Assembly (NCBI GenBank): GCA_963842525.1
Contig: CAWJGT010000003.1
Coordinates: 1,888,001 to 1,952,000, forward strand
DNA length: 64,000 bases
Source of the DNA: an uncultured Holophagales bacterium
Lineage (GTDB): Bacteria > Acidobacteriota > Thermoanaerobaculia > Multivoradales > UBA5704
Direction: 5' to 3'
The notes under the pieces were generated by a model. That model did not search any database, was not told the origin of the DNA, and saw nothing but the letters and a program-made list of their open reading frames with translations. Below are positions 39,584 to 48,909 of the stretch, in pieces. Position numbers and translations under genes: made by a program. Numbering within the stretch: the first letter of the stretch is position 1; each line of letters starts with the position of its first letter.

Positions 39584-40206
39584 GTCGCGGGGGAGGCCGT
39601 CAGAGCCTGCGCGAGCTCGCGGAGTCGCCGGAGCTGGAGGGCTTCGGGGTCCCAGTCTCCCTGCATCAGGTCGGCGGGGGTTTTCCCCCCGAGCAGCGTG
39701 CGGGGACGGTCAAACCAGCGGCGGATACCGAAGTCGTTGTAGGCACCGGCCAGATCCCCGACCAGAGTCGCGAGGAAGTGGAGCCGCGCGGCGAGCTTGT
39801 CCGGCGTGGGGCGGGTACCCGAGCGGTAGCGGCGGACGCTGGCCGGAGAGATTCCTAGAAGGGTGGTGATCCGCTCGGTTCCGAGGAGGTCTTCCAATGA
39901 GCGCCACTCATGGGAAGGGGCAGGGGACTCCTCGATCGCTAGAGCGAGACGGTCGAGCAACCGACTCATCTCCGGTCGCCCGATGCGGCCCGAGGGAGCG
40001 GAGAGGGCGGCCTGAATCTCCGTACCGATGCCCGCTGACGCGATCTTGTCGACGACTTCGCGGAAGGAAGAAAGGTCCAGTCGATGAATCTCGAGGTCGT
40101 CCAGGAGGCCCATGGCATCCGCGGTCGAGATCACTCCCACGGCGAGCCGTGCAATCTCAGGAGAGTCGAACGGCTCGGTGGTGGACGTGATCTGGATCGT
40201 GCTCAT
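39580..40206 (-). CDS. Xre/MbcA/ParS-like antitoxin
   Basis: HTH LLGISPASVRRY, C-terminal RRWFDRPRTLLGGKTPADL; overlaps the RES start. Confidence 0.8.
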   Translation of the reverse strand: MSTIQITSTTEPFDSPEIARLAVGVISTADAMGLLDDLEIHRLDLSSFREVVDKIASAGIGTEIQAALSAPSGRIGRPEMSRLLDRLALAIEESPAPSHEWRSLEDLLGTERITTLLGISPASVRRYRSGTRPTPDKLAARLHFLATLVGDLAGAYNDFGIRRWFDRPRTLLGGKTPADLMQGDWDPEALQLRRLRELAQALTASPAT

Positions 40207-40253
40207 GTTCCAGATTGTAGCCGATCTCGGGCCGGCTGGTTGCGATCGCTGTC

Positions 40254-40838
40254 TCAGCGGCTGGCGAAGGCCTCTTCCGGTTGCGTCTGCTTCCGGTGGA
40301 TGCCCTCTCCGATCTCCTCGATCATCTTGCGGTTGAAGGCCGGGATGTCCTGCGGCTTGCGGCTGGTGACCAGGCCGTTGTCGACCACGACCTCCTGGTC
40401 CACCCAGTGGGCGCCGGCGTTGCGCAGGTCGGTCTGGATCGACGGATAGGACGTGACGGTGCGGCCGCGGACCACGTCCGCCTCGACCAGGGTCCAGGGG
40501 CCGTGGCAGATCGCCGCGACCGGTTTGCCAGCAGCGAAGAACGCCTTCGTGAAGTCGACGGCCTTGCGGTTCATCCGCAGGTGGTCCGGGTTCATCACGC
40601 CGCCCGGCAGGAGCAGGGCATCGAAATCCTCCGCACGGGCCTGGTCGAGCGGCTGGTCGACCTTGACCTCCTGCCCCCACTCTGTATGGTTCCAGCCCTT
40701 GACCCGGTCCTTCTTGGGCGAGACGACGACGGTCTTCGCCCCGGCCTCGTCGAGCGCCTTGCGCGGCTCCAAGAGCTCCACCTGCTCGAATCCGTCGTCG
40801 ACCAGAATTGCAACCTTCTTTCCTTGCAGCTCGTTCAT
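40254..40838 (-). CDS. pfpI: PfpI/DJ-1 (YhbO-like) protein
   Basis: DGFEQVEL, LLLPGG..NPD, AICHGPW, LVTSRKP. Confidence 0.93.
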   Translation of the reverse strand: MNELQGKKVAILVDDGFEQVELLEPRKALDEAGAKTVVVSPKKDRVKGWNHTEWGQEVKVDQPLDQARAEDFDALLLPGGVMNPDHLRMNRKAVDFTKAFFAAGKPVAAICHGPWTLVEADVVRGRTVTSYPSIQTDLRNAGAHWVDQEVVVDNGLVTSRKPQDIPAFNRKMIEEIGEGIHRKQTQPEEAFASR

Positions 40839-40945
40839 GGTGTTCTCCTTCCCTGTTGGAGAGACTGCATGGAATCGGCCGCACCACCCCGCGGCGGCGA
40901 CCCGGCGTACAGCCTCAAATCGCCGGGTCTCTGTTAGGTTTTTCG

Positions 40946-40961
40946 TGCAAGCGGGGTGCCC
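40946..40961 (-). promoter_or_regulatory. Sigma54 (-24/-12) promoter for pfpI
   Basis: Minus strand GGGCAC-CCCGC-TTGCA, GG-N10-GC spacing, about 110 bp upstream of the ATG. Confidence 0.65.
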
Positions 40962-41143
40962 GGTGTCGGATGAGCTGCTGGACGGCCGGCGGTAGAGCGC
41001 TCAGGTCACACCGCCCCTGTCACGCCTTCCGGCCGGCGCGTACCTGTTTGAGTGAGGGCGAACACAGCCAGCTTCAAGAGCGGTGGGGATGTCCTGCAGC
41101 GTGAGGCTCGTGGTTCGCCCGCGAGCTCGGAAAGGGGGAATCC

Positions 41144-41695
41144 ATGCGAGCCCTGGGTCAGAGAGTGCCTGTTTCGAAGCTGGTCGTCCTCGTCGTTTTC
41201 GCTTTTCTCGTCTCGGTGCCCGCGGCTCACGCGGTGCTCGGCAACTCGGCACAGCCGCTGACGGGCGCCTGGGTGCTGGATGCGGGGAGCGCCGCGCGTC
41301 CGGCGCACCTCGAGTGCGCGGGGACGACCGCCGACGGGCGCATCGTCCTGCGGAACGCGGGCGACGAGGCCGCGATCCTCTTCTTCGCCAGCGGCGAGAG
41401 CCAGGTTCTGGCTCCCGGAGAGGAGCTGGCCGTGGAGGAGGACGCCGCCGCGGTGATCGGGACCCACCAGTGCGTCTGCAAGTGCACCTGCACGGCGGCC
41501 GACGGGTCGACGGAGGGCATCAGCTTCCCGTGCGACTCCAACACCGGGCCGGACCCTTGCCCGGCGTCCAACGGCTCCGGCTGCTTGTTCGCCGATGCGG
41601 ATAAAGAGGGCACGCTCTCCGGCTGCAAGAGGTGGTACATCCCGATTAGACCCCCAGCCCCAGCCCCGGCACCGGGCCAGCCGGCCGGGGGCTAG
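41144..41695 (+). CDS. Secreted cysteine-rich hypothetical protein
   Basis: Signal peptide ending AHA; CVCKCTC plus further Cys in the C-terminal third. Confidence 0.7.
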   Translation: MRALGQRVPVSKLVVLVVFAFLVSVPAAHAVLGNSAQPLTGAWVLDAGSAARPAHLECAGTTADGRIVLRNAGDEAAILFFASGESQVLAPGEELAVEEDAAAVIGTHQCVCKCTCTAADGSTEGISFPCDSNTGPDPCPASNGSGCLFADADKEGTLSGCKRWYIPIRPPAPAPAPGQPAGG

Positions 41696-41717
41696 CCCTC
41701 GGGTCTTCCCACGCCGC

Positions 41718-41760
41718 AAAAAAACGCCTGGCTCCTTGCTGAGGGGCCGGGCGTCTTTTC
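41718..41760. terminator. Intrinsic terminator, possibly bidirectional
   Basis: A-run, ACGCCTGGCTCCT / AGGGGCCGGGCGT stem, CTTTT. Confidence 0.7.
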
Positions 41761-41839
41761 GTCGTTCAGGATGCGCCCGGGCATTCCCGGCCGGGATATC
41801 CTGTTTTGACAGTCCGGCCTTGCGCCGTACCGATCCGCC

Positions 41840-43678
41840 ATGGAGCACCACGACCACCTCGTTGCACGCATCCGGGAGCTTCCGGACCGCCCGGGCATCT
41901 ACATCTTCAAGGATGCCGAGGGGAAGGTCCTGTACGTCGGCAAGGCGAAGTCGTTGCGCAAGCGGGCGTCGTCCTACCTGGTGCGGGACCATGAGCCGCG
42001 CCTTGCGGCCATGGTGTCGGAGGCGGTGGACCTGGAGTTCCTGGTCACCGACTCCGAGGCCGAGGCGCTCCTTCTCGAAAACAACTGGATCAAGAGGAAG
42101 CGGCCCCGGTACAACGTCCTGCTGCGGGACGACAAGACCTATCCTTATCTCAAGCTGACGCTCCAGGACGAATACCCGCGGATCGCCTTCACCCGCCGGG
42201 TGCGGGAGGACAAGGCCGAGTACTTCGGACCCTTCCTGCCCGGCGGGCTCGCGCGTAAGGCCATCAAGCTGGTCCAGAAGCTGTTCCAGATCCGGGTCTG
42301 CCGCATCGAGATCGACGGCCGCCTCGCCCGGCCGTGCCTCTATTACGACATGCACCGCTGCCTGGGGCCCTGCGTCGCCAGCCTGACCACCAAGGATGCC
42401 TACGACGAGGCGGTGCAGCAGGCGCGTCTCTTCCTCTCCGGGCGCAACGAGCAGCTCATCCGGCGCCTCAAGAAGGAGATGTGGGAGGCCGCCGAGGCCA
42501 TGGACTACGAGCGGGCCGCCCAGGTCCGCGACACCCTGGCCGAGGTCGAGGCCACCAGCCAGCGGCGCAAGCTCTCGTCGGTCGAGGACGAGGACCTGGA
42601 CGTCTACGGCGTCCACGTGACGGGCGGCAACGCCGCGGTGGTGTCCCTGGTGATGCGCGGCGGCCAGGTGCTCGACCGCCGCGAGCTGTTCTGGGAAGCG
42701 ATGGGGGAGATCACCCCGGAGCGCCTCCTCTCCGAGATCCTGCCCCAGATCTACGACCGCACGACCTTCATCCCCAAGGAGATCCACCTGCCGGTGGCGA
42801 TCGAAGGGGAGGAGGCGCTGCTGGAGTGGCTGTCCGGGAAAAAAGGGGAAAAGGTCTACCTGCGGATGCCGTCGCGCGGCCCCAAGGCCGAACGGGTCAA
42901 GCTGGCGATGCACAACGCCGAGCTGGCCCATCAAAGACGGTTCCGCGGCGGCGGCCAGGAGTCGCCCGGGGCCACGGCCCTTGAACGGCACCTCCACCTG
43001 CCGGACGTGCCGCGCCGCATCGAAGGCTTCGATATCTCCCATTTTCAGGGTGGCGAGACGGTGGCCTCGATGGTCGTCTGGGAGGAGGGGAAGATGCGCA
43101 AGGGCGAGTACCGCAGCTTCAACATCCGCGGCCTCACCCTGCCGGACGATTTTGCCTCGATGCGCCAGGTCGTCGAGCGCCGCTACCGGCGCCGGCTGGA
43201 GGAGGTCGGGGCAATGCCCGACCTGATCCTGATCGACGGCGGGCGCGGCCAGCTCAACGCAGCCCTGGACGCCCTGGCCGAGCTGGGTGTGGAGGACACG
43301 CCGATCCTGGGGCTGGCCAAGCGGGAGGAGGAAATCTATCTTCCGGACCTGCCCGAGCCGCTTCGGCTCCCCAAGGAGGACCTCGGCCTGCGGCTGCTCC
43401 AGCAGATCCGCGACGAGTCCCACCGTTTCGCCGTCTCCCGCCACCGCGCCCGGCGGTCCGCCCGCACCCTGCACAGCCGGCTCGACGAGCTGTCCGGCAT
43501 CGGCCCGCGCCGCCGCAAGATGCTGATCCAGCGCTTTGGCAGCGTCGAAGGGGTGAGGAATGCCCCGCTGGTGGAGCTCCAGGGCGCCCTCGGCCAGGTC
43601 ATGGGCCGGAAGATCTTCGATCAGCTCCACGCAGCAGCAGAAACAACAGTGATCTCGACACAAGTGCTGGATGGCTGA
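41840..43678 (+). CDS. uvrC: Excinuclease ABC subunit C
   Basis: PGIY..YVGKAK GIY-YIG domain, DDKTYP, FDISH, IDGGRGQL, RDESHRFA, HhH GIGP. Confidence 0.98.
   Translation: MEHHDHLVARIRELPDRPGIYIFKDAEGKVLYVGKAKSLRKRASSYLVRDHEPRLAAMVSEAVDLEFLVTDSEAEALLLENNWIKRKRPRYNVLLRDDKTYPYLKLTLQDEYPRIAFTRRVREDKAEYFGPFLPGGLARKAIKLVQKLFQIRVCRIEIDGRLARPCLYYDMHRCLGPCVASLTTKDAYDEAVQQARLFLSGRNEQLIRRLKKEMWEAAEAMDYERAAQVRDTLAEVEATSQRRKLSSVEDEDLDVYGVHVTGGNAAVVSLVMRGGQVLDRRELFWEAMGEITPERLLSEILPQIYDRTTFIPKEIHLPVAIEGEEALLEWLSGKKGEKVYLRMPSRGPKAERVKLAMHNAELAHQRRFRGGGQESPGATALERHLHLPDVPRRIEGFDISHFQGGETVASMVVWEEGKMRKGEYRSFNIRGLTLPDDFASMRQVVERRYRRRLEEVGAMPDLILIDGGRGQLNAALDALAELGVEDTPILGLAKREEEIYLPDLPEPLRLPKEDLGLRLLQQIRDESHRFAVSRHRARRSARTLHSRLDELSGIGPRRRKMLIQRFGSVEGVRNAPLVELQGALGQVMGRKIFDQLHAAAETTVISTQVLDG
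43586..43632 (+). repeat. 47-bp direct repeat, copy 1 (inside the uvrC 3' end)
   Basis: 46/47 identical to 44285-44331. Confidence 0.95.
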
Positions 43679-43727
43679 TAGTCTGTTCCTCTTAGGAAGG
43701 CCTCAAGGTTCGTTGAAATAGCCCTGG

Positions 43728-44034
43728 GTGAAGAGAATGTATTTGAAAGAGGTTCTTTGGAAGGACGCGTTTGTTGAAAAACTTGAAGCCAAACACGCCG
43801 TCAGTACGGATGAGGCCGAGCAGATCTTGTTCTCACAGCCGCACGTCCGGAGAAGCTCAGAAAGGGCGAGTGAAAGGCGAAGATCTGTATGTCGCTTATG
43901 GGCAGACGAACGATGGCAGGTACTTGGTTGTATTCTTCATCCGTAAGCATCAAGCCGCCGCCTTGCCTATCTCGGCACGCGACATGACGAGCTCGGAGCG
44001 GAGGTACTATGAGCGCGAAATCGAAACAGGTTGA
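43728..44034 (+). pseudogene. BrnT-family toxin, frameshifted
   Basis: W...VEKLEAKHAVSTDEAEQIL in one frame; YGQTNDGRYLVVFF..ISARDMTSSERRYY in another; shift near 43851-43855. Confidence 0.8.
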
Positions 44035-44275
44035 CCCAATCCCGGATGAGTTCGCCAGCTATGAAGAGGCGGCGGAGTTTTGGGACTCACATGACACAAC
44101 CGACTACCCGGAGAGCTTTGAGACTGTTGCTGTGGATGCGGAGCTGAAGCGGCGACGCTTTGAGGTAGAAGTGGACGAAGATTTGATGAGAGAGCTCTCG
44201 GTTCAGGCTCAAGAACGCGGACTTGCAGTGGGCCGCCTCGTCAACGAAATGTTGAGAGAAAAGATCCACGCATAG
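44009..44275 (+). CDS. BrnA/CopG-type antitoxin
   Basis: IPDEFASYEEAAEFWDSHDTTDY, RHH-like C-terminus. Confidence 0.85.
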   Translation: MSAKSKQVDPIPDEFASYEEAAEFWDSHDTTDYPESFETVAVDAELKRRRFEVEVDEDLMRELSVQAQERGLAVGRLVNEMLREKIHA

Positions 44276-44284
44276 TGGACTCTA

Positions 44285-44425
44285 GCCCTCGGCCAGGTCA
44301 TGGGCCGGAAGGTCTTCGATCAGCTCCACGCCGCGCCGATTCAGCCGATTCCGCCGGCTCCGGACGACGCTGTGCTTCCGGACGATGTGGTCCAGGAAGA
44401 CCCGCCGGAGGCCGCGGCTTCCTGA
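44285..44425 (+). pseudogene. Displaced alternative uvrC 3' end (includes direct repeat copy 2, 44285-44331)
   Basis: Reads ALGQVMGRKVFDQLHAAPIQPIPPAPDDAVLPDDVVQEDPPEAAAS-stop. Confidence 0.85.
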
Positions 44426-45974
44426 TCTTCGCCTTCCGTTCGAAGACGTAGACGATCTGACGGTTGCCGCGCCACCAGCCTTCGGTGGTCGGCGTCGGGT
44501 GCTCGCCGAAGCGGGCGCGCAGCTTGTAGCCGCGACGCACCATGTGGATCGCCGCGACGTCGATGGGGTCGCGGCCGTCCTTCAGAAGGACGCCGGCCAC
44601 GACGAAATGGGGCCGGCGGGTGCGGATCGACGGCAGCGCCCGGGGCCACCGCCGCAGCACGGGATGGGAGCGCATCCGGGCGGTTTCTCTCTCGACGAAT
44701 GCCAACTCGCGGACCAGGAGCACGGTGTGCTGCGGCCCTGTGTTCGCCACCAGCCAGTCCATGGCTTCCTTCCGCGAATCGACGAGGCGCAGCCGTTCCA
44801 GCGCATAGCCCGCCAGGGGGACGCCGAAGAGCAGGATCACCAGGGCGACCGCTCCGGCGTCGGCCCAGAGCGGCCGACTGAGGCGCTCCCGGATTTTGGC
44901 GTACAGGATCGCCACGGCGATACAGGCCAGGGGGACCAGGGGGAGGAGGTTGCGGAACGCCTGGAAGGACTGCCGTCCGTAGAGGACCAGGCAGATGGCC
45001 GTGAAGAGCAGCCAGCCGCAGACGGTGCCGCGCAGACGGCGATCCCACAGGGCCAGGGCCAGGCCAATGGCGGCGAGAGCCATGTAGATGAACCCGAGCT
45101 CCGGGCGCTCGTAGGGGAGGTCCCACTCCGCCCGCAGGAAGGCCTGCTTCCAGAGGACCTCGGTTTTCAGGTGCGCGTAGATCACGGCCTGGGTGTGGAT
45201 GGAATTCACGATGTCGCGCGGGTGCAGGACGACCGCCGGCATGCCCGCGACCGCGCCGAGCACCGCCCCGGCGCCCGCCAGGGCGCCGCGCCGGAACCTC
45301 TCCTTCCAGGAGACCTTCTCGAGGACCATGGTGAGGGCGAACGCCGCGAGGATCGAGACGGCCGGGTACTTGGAGGCGAAGGCAAGGCCGGCCATGGCGC
45401 CCGCGGCCAGCGACTCGAGGCCCGGCCGCGAAGACGTGCGGGCGCGGTCCGTGAAGTTGAGGCAGGCGAGGACGAAGAGGGTGGCGTAGGGGTCGACCGT
45501 AGCGATGGCGCCGCGGATGGCCAGAGCGGGCGTCAGGGCCGCCAGGAAGGCCGCGAAGAGGCCGGCCGCCGGACCCGCGAGCCGGCGGGCGAAGGCACCG
45601 GTCAGGATGACGACTCCAAGGCCGACCAGAGCGCTCAGCAGCCGACCGAGCGCCATCAGCTCGAAAGGCTCCAGGATGTCGTAGATCTCGCGCCCGGTGG
45701 AGAGGTCCTCGCGCATCGGCCGGCCATGGACCGCGGTGTAGACGGGACCGTAGAGCCGCGCCGCCGCGGTCACGGCGGTGACCGGGAGCTGCGGGTACAT
45801 ATACCAGCGCGGGTCCCAGCCGCCGTTGCGCAGGAGCGGGACCACGGGGTGGAGGTAGTTCCCCTCGTCGATATAGGCCATGTAGGGCTTGGCTGACATC
45901 AGGGGCGCCAGGCGCACCGCCGCCGCGAGGAGGAGGATGGCGGTCCAGGCCAGCAGGGAGAAGGGTCGTTTCAT
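44298..45974 (-). CDS. GT-C fold (ArnT/PMT-like) membrane glycosyltransferase, paralog 2
   Basis: YIDE loop, YPQL, GLAFASKYP, RNLLPL, many TMs; start overlaps the stop of paralog 1. Confidence 0.85.
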   Translation of the reverse strand: MKRPFSLLAWTAILLLAAAVRLAPLMSAKPYMAYIDEGNYLHPVVPLLRNGGWDPRWYMYPQLPVTAVTAAARLYGPVYTAVHGRPMREDLSTGREIYDILEPFELMALGRLLSALVGLGVVILTGAFARRLAGPAAGLFAAFLAALTPALAIRGAIATVDPYATLFVLACLNFTDRARTSSRPGLESLAAGAMAGLAFASKYPAVSILAAFALTMVLEKVSWKERFRRGALAGAGAVLGAVAGMPAVVLHPRDIVNSIHTQAVIYAHLKTEVLWKQAFLRAEWDLPYERPELGFIYMALAAIGLALALWDRRLRGTVCGWLLFTAICLVLYGRQSFQAFRNLLPLVPLACIAVAILYAKIRERLSRPLWADAGAVALVILLFGVPLAGYALERLRLVDSRKEAMDWLVANTGPQHTVLLVRELAFVERETARMRSHPVLRRWPRALPSIRTRRPHFVVAGVLLKDGRDPIDVAAIHMVRRGYKLRARFGEHPTPTTEGWWRGNRQIVYVFERKAKIRKPRPPAGLPGPHRPEAQRRPEPAESAESARRGADRRPSGP

Positions 45975-47533
45975 CGGGCCTCGAAGATGTACACGATCTG
46001 CCGGTTGCCATGCCACCAGCCGTTGTGGGCCGGCGTGGGCTGCTCCCCGAAGCGGGCGCGCAGCCGGTAGCGGCGCTGGACGAAGGGATGCGCCGCGGCG
46101 TCGTTCGGCGCCTGGTCCTTCCTGAGGAGGACCCCGGCCACCAGGAAGCGCGGGCTGCGGCCCCGGACGGTGGGAATCGCCCTCGGCCAGCGCCGGACCA
46201 GGGGCTTCGCCCGCAGGCGGGCGAGCTCGCTGCGGACGAACGCCAGCTCCTGCACGACGACCGCGGCATCCTCTGGTCGCGCGTTCTCCGCAAGCCAGTC
46301 CACGGCCTCGGTCCGCGCGTCGCGGAGCCGGTAGCGGTCGCGGGCGTATCCTGCCACGGGGAGGCCGAAGAGGAGGAGGACCAGGGCCGCCGCCGCCAGA
46401 TCCAACCACAGCGGCCGGCGCATGCTGTCTCGCACCTTGGCAAACAGCACCCCGATGGCGATGCAGCTCATGGCCACCAGGGGGAGGAGGTTGCGGAAGG
46501 GCTGGTAGGCCTGGCGGGTGAACAGGAACAGGGCGACGGCGAGGTAGGCGACCCACCCCCAGGCGGTCCTGGACGCGCGCTCGTCCCGCACGGCCACGAC
46601 GAAGCCGGCCGCGGCGAGCCCCAGGAACACGAGCCCGACCTCCGGGTGCTCGTAGGGGACATCCCATTCCGCCCGCACCAGCGCCTGCCGCCAGAGGACG
46701 TCCTCCGACACGCGGTGCGAATACATCCACCAGTTGCGGCGCAGCGCGGTCACGACGCCCTCGGTGTTGGCGAGGATCGCCGGCATGGCGGCGAGCGCGG
46801 CAACGATTGCGGCGGCCCCGGCGAGGACCAGCCGGCGGAGCTTCTCCTTCCAGGGGACCTTGTCGAGGAGCACGGTCGTGGCAAACGCCACGGAGACCAG
46901 GACGGCCGGGTATTTTGCGGCGAAGGCGAGGCCGGCCATGGCTCCGGCGGTGAGCGATTCGCGGCCCGGGTAGGCCGAGGTCCGCGCGCGGTCCGTGAAG
47001 AGCAGGCAGGCGAGGACGAAGAAGGAGGCCCAGGGATCGACGGTGGTGACGGCGCCGCGGATGGCGAGAGCGGGGGTCAGGGCGGCGAGAAAGGCAGCGA
47101 AGAGCCCGGCCGGGGTCCCTGCGAGACGGCGCGCGAGGAGGCCGGCGAGGAGGACGGTCCCGAGCCCGGCCGCCAGGGTCAGGAGCCGCCCGATGACGAG
47201 CAGGTCGAACGGCTCCAGCACGTCGTAGAACCCGCGCCCCATCGACAGGTCGCCGCGGAACGGCCGGCCGTGGACCGCGCCGTACACCGGGGCGTAGAGG
47301 CGCGCCGATGCCGTCATGGCGATCAGGGGGAGCTGGGGATAGAGATACCAGCGCGGGTCCCAGCCGCCGGTGCGCACGAGCCGTGAGACGTGGTGGAGGA
47401 CGTTCCCCTCGTCGACGTAGTTGATATAGGGCCTCCCGGCCAGAAGAGGCGACAGGCGCACCGCCAGGGCGAGGAGCAGGATGGCGGTCCACGCCAGCTT
47501 CGGGCACGCCAGTTTCGGGAAGACACGGCTCAT
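45971..47533 (-). CDS. GT-C fold (ArnT/PMT-like) membrane glycosyltransferase, paralog 1
   Basis: YVDE loop, YPQL, GLAFAAKYP, RNLLPL. Confidence 0.85.
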   Translation of the reverse strand: MSRVFPKLACPKLAWTAILLLALAVRLSPLLAGRPYINYVDEGNVLHHVSRLVRTGGWDPRWYLYPQLPLIAMTASARLYAPVYGAVHGRPFRGDLSMGRGFYDVLEPFDLLVIGRLLTLAAGLGTVLLAGLLARRLAGTPAGLFAAFLAALTPALAIRGAVTTVDPWASFFVLACLLFTDRARTSAYPGRESLTAGAMAGLAFAAKYPAVLVSVAFATTVLLDKVPWKEKLRRLVLAGAAAIVAALAAMPAILANTEGVVTALRRNWWMYSHRVSEDVLWRQALVRAEWDVPYEHPEVGLVFLGLAAAGFVVAVRDERASRTAWGWVAYLAVALFLFTRQAYQPFRNLLPLVAMSCIAIGVLFAKVRDSMRRPLWLDLAAAALVLLLFGLPVAGYARDRYRLRDARTEAVDWLAENARPEDAAVVVQELAFVRSELARLRAKPLVRRWPRAIPTVRGRSPRFLVAGVLLRKDQAPNDAAAHPFVQRRYRLRARFGEQPTPAHNGWWHGNRQIVYIFEAR

Positions 47534-47579
47534 GAGAGCTTGCGATTCTATCCTCTGAAGAAGTGGTATTATTTAGCCA

Positions 47580-48311
47580 GTGCCCCAGACTTTGCCGTCC
47601 CGTCGCTTCCTCTCGGAAGAGGAGTATCGCGTCTTCACCGAGCGCATCGGCCGCAGCCTGGCCGAGCGGCCGGTCCGCCTGGACGGGGCGGAGCACCGCG
47701 AGCGCGTGGCCGACCTCCTGCGGCGGGTCGGGGAGGCGAGCTTCTACGAGCTCCTCGACATCGATCCCGCCGCGTCGGCCCGGGAGGTCCACGAGTCCTA
47801 CGAGCGGACGGCCCGGATGGTCCATCCCGGCAACGCATCCCAACTGGACCTGACCGGAAGGGAGGGCGTCCTGGAGGTGCTCTTCGAACGGGTCACCGAG
47901 GCCTATCTCACCCTGAGCGACATGGACCGGCGCAAGCGGTACGACCGCCAGCGCCCGGGCGGCTGGTGGCGCACGTCCGCGGCGCGAAAAGTCTCCCGCG
48001 AGGAGGAGGCGCAGCGCCTCTACGAGAGGGCCCGGGCGTTCGTGGCCGCCGAGCAGTACCACGCCGCGGTCGAGCTGCTGCAGGAAGCGGTGCGCGCAGC
48101 CCCCAGGCCCGAGCACTGGGTCCTCCTGGGACAGGTCCAGGCGAGAAATCCCCACTGGCTGCGCAGCGCCGAGGACAGCTTCCGCCGGGCTCTGCAGATG
48201 GGCTCGAAGGACCCCACGCTGCCCTCGTCCCTGGCTCTCGTCCGCGACGAGATGAAGCGCCGGGAGGCCGGCGAAGAGATCGAGACGGACGGGGAAGTCG
48301 AGATCGTCTGA
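47580..48311 (+). CDS. J-domain-like plus TPR protein
   Basis: FYELLDI...Y...ARMVHPG...FERVTEAYLTLSD..RRKRYD, then TPR-like helices. Confidence 0.75.
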   Translation: MPQTLPSRRFLSEEEYRVFTERIGRSLAERPVRLDGAEHRERVADLLRRVGEASFYELLDIDPAASAREVHESYERTARMVHPGNASQLDLTGREGVLEVLFERVTEAYLTLSDMDRRKRYDRQRPGGWWRTSAARKVSREEEAQRLYERARAFVAAEQYHAAVELLQEAVRAAPRPEHWVLLGQVQARNPHWLRSAEDSFRRALQMGSKDPTLPSSLALVRDEMKRREAGEEIETDGEVEIV

Positions 48312-48328
48312 TCGCGTTATGATGGGTT

Positions 48329-48744
48329 GACGCTGGAGAGCTTCCAAGCGGTCGCTCCGGACGGCCTTCGGGCCGGGCCGGGGAGGAAAGTCCGAGCTCC
48401 AACGGGCAGCATGCTCGCTAACGGCGAGGCGCGGCGACGCGACGGACAGTGCAACAGAAAAGATACCGCCGGGTCCTCTTCGGAAGATCCGGTAAGGGTG
48501 AAATGGTGCGGTAAGAGCGCACCGCTCCGGGGGCGACTCCGGAGGCATGGAAAACCCCATGCGGAGCAAGACCAAATAGGGGGGCGTCAATGCGGGCAGC
48601 CCGTCCCGCGCCTGGGCCTTCGGGTCCGGGGACAGTTCCCGGGTAGGTTGCTGGAGGCCGGCGGCAACGCCGGTCCCAGAGGAATGACCGCTACCCGGCT
48701 TCGGCCGGGGATACAGAACTCGGCTTACGGAGCTCTCCAGCGTC
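48329..48744 (+). ncRNA. rnpB: RNase P RNA (type A)
   Basis: GAGGAAAGTCCGAGC, AGTGCAACAGAAA, GGGTGAAATGGTGCGGTAAGAGCGCACC, ACAGAACTCGGCTTA; terminal helix GACGCTGGAGAGCT / AGCTCTCCAGCGTC. Confidence 0.97.
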
Positions 48745-48780
48745 TTTGATTTCTCTTCCTGATTCTCGGCCCCGAGCGGA

Positions 48781-48909
48781 CCTCACCCCCGGCCCCTCTC
48801 CCATCTCCCGCCCACCCTATCCCCGGGAGAGGGGAGAAAACCTGTCAAATGTCCCCCCTCTCCCGGGGTGGGAGGGAGGGGTGGCGGGAGAGGGGGTCAG
48901 GGGGTGAGG
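48781..48909. repeat. Inverted pair of BoxC-like repeats
   Basis: CCTCACCCCCGGCCCCTCTCCC...GGGAGAGGGG then the mirror copy ending GGGGGTGAGG. Confidence 0.85.

Noticed and set aside
41006-43663. Long antisense ORFs (also 10433-12514, 15134-17314, 30237-32339, 50517-52616)
   Set aside because: Shadows of high-GC genes on the other strand, with no motifs of their own
44298-48590. 1430-aa ORF
   Set aside because: Only 44298-45974 is credible; the rest overlaps rnpB, the J-like gene and paralog 1 in other frames
48327-48749. 140-aa ORF
   Set aside because: Coincides with RNase P RNA
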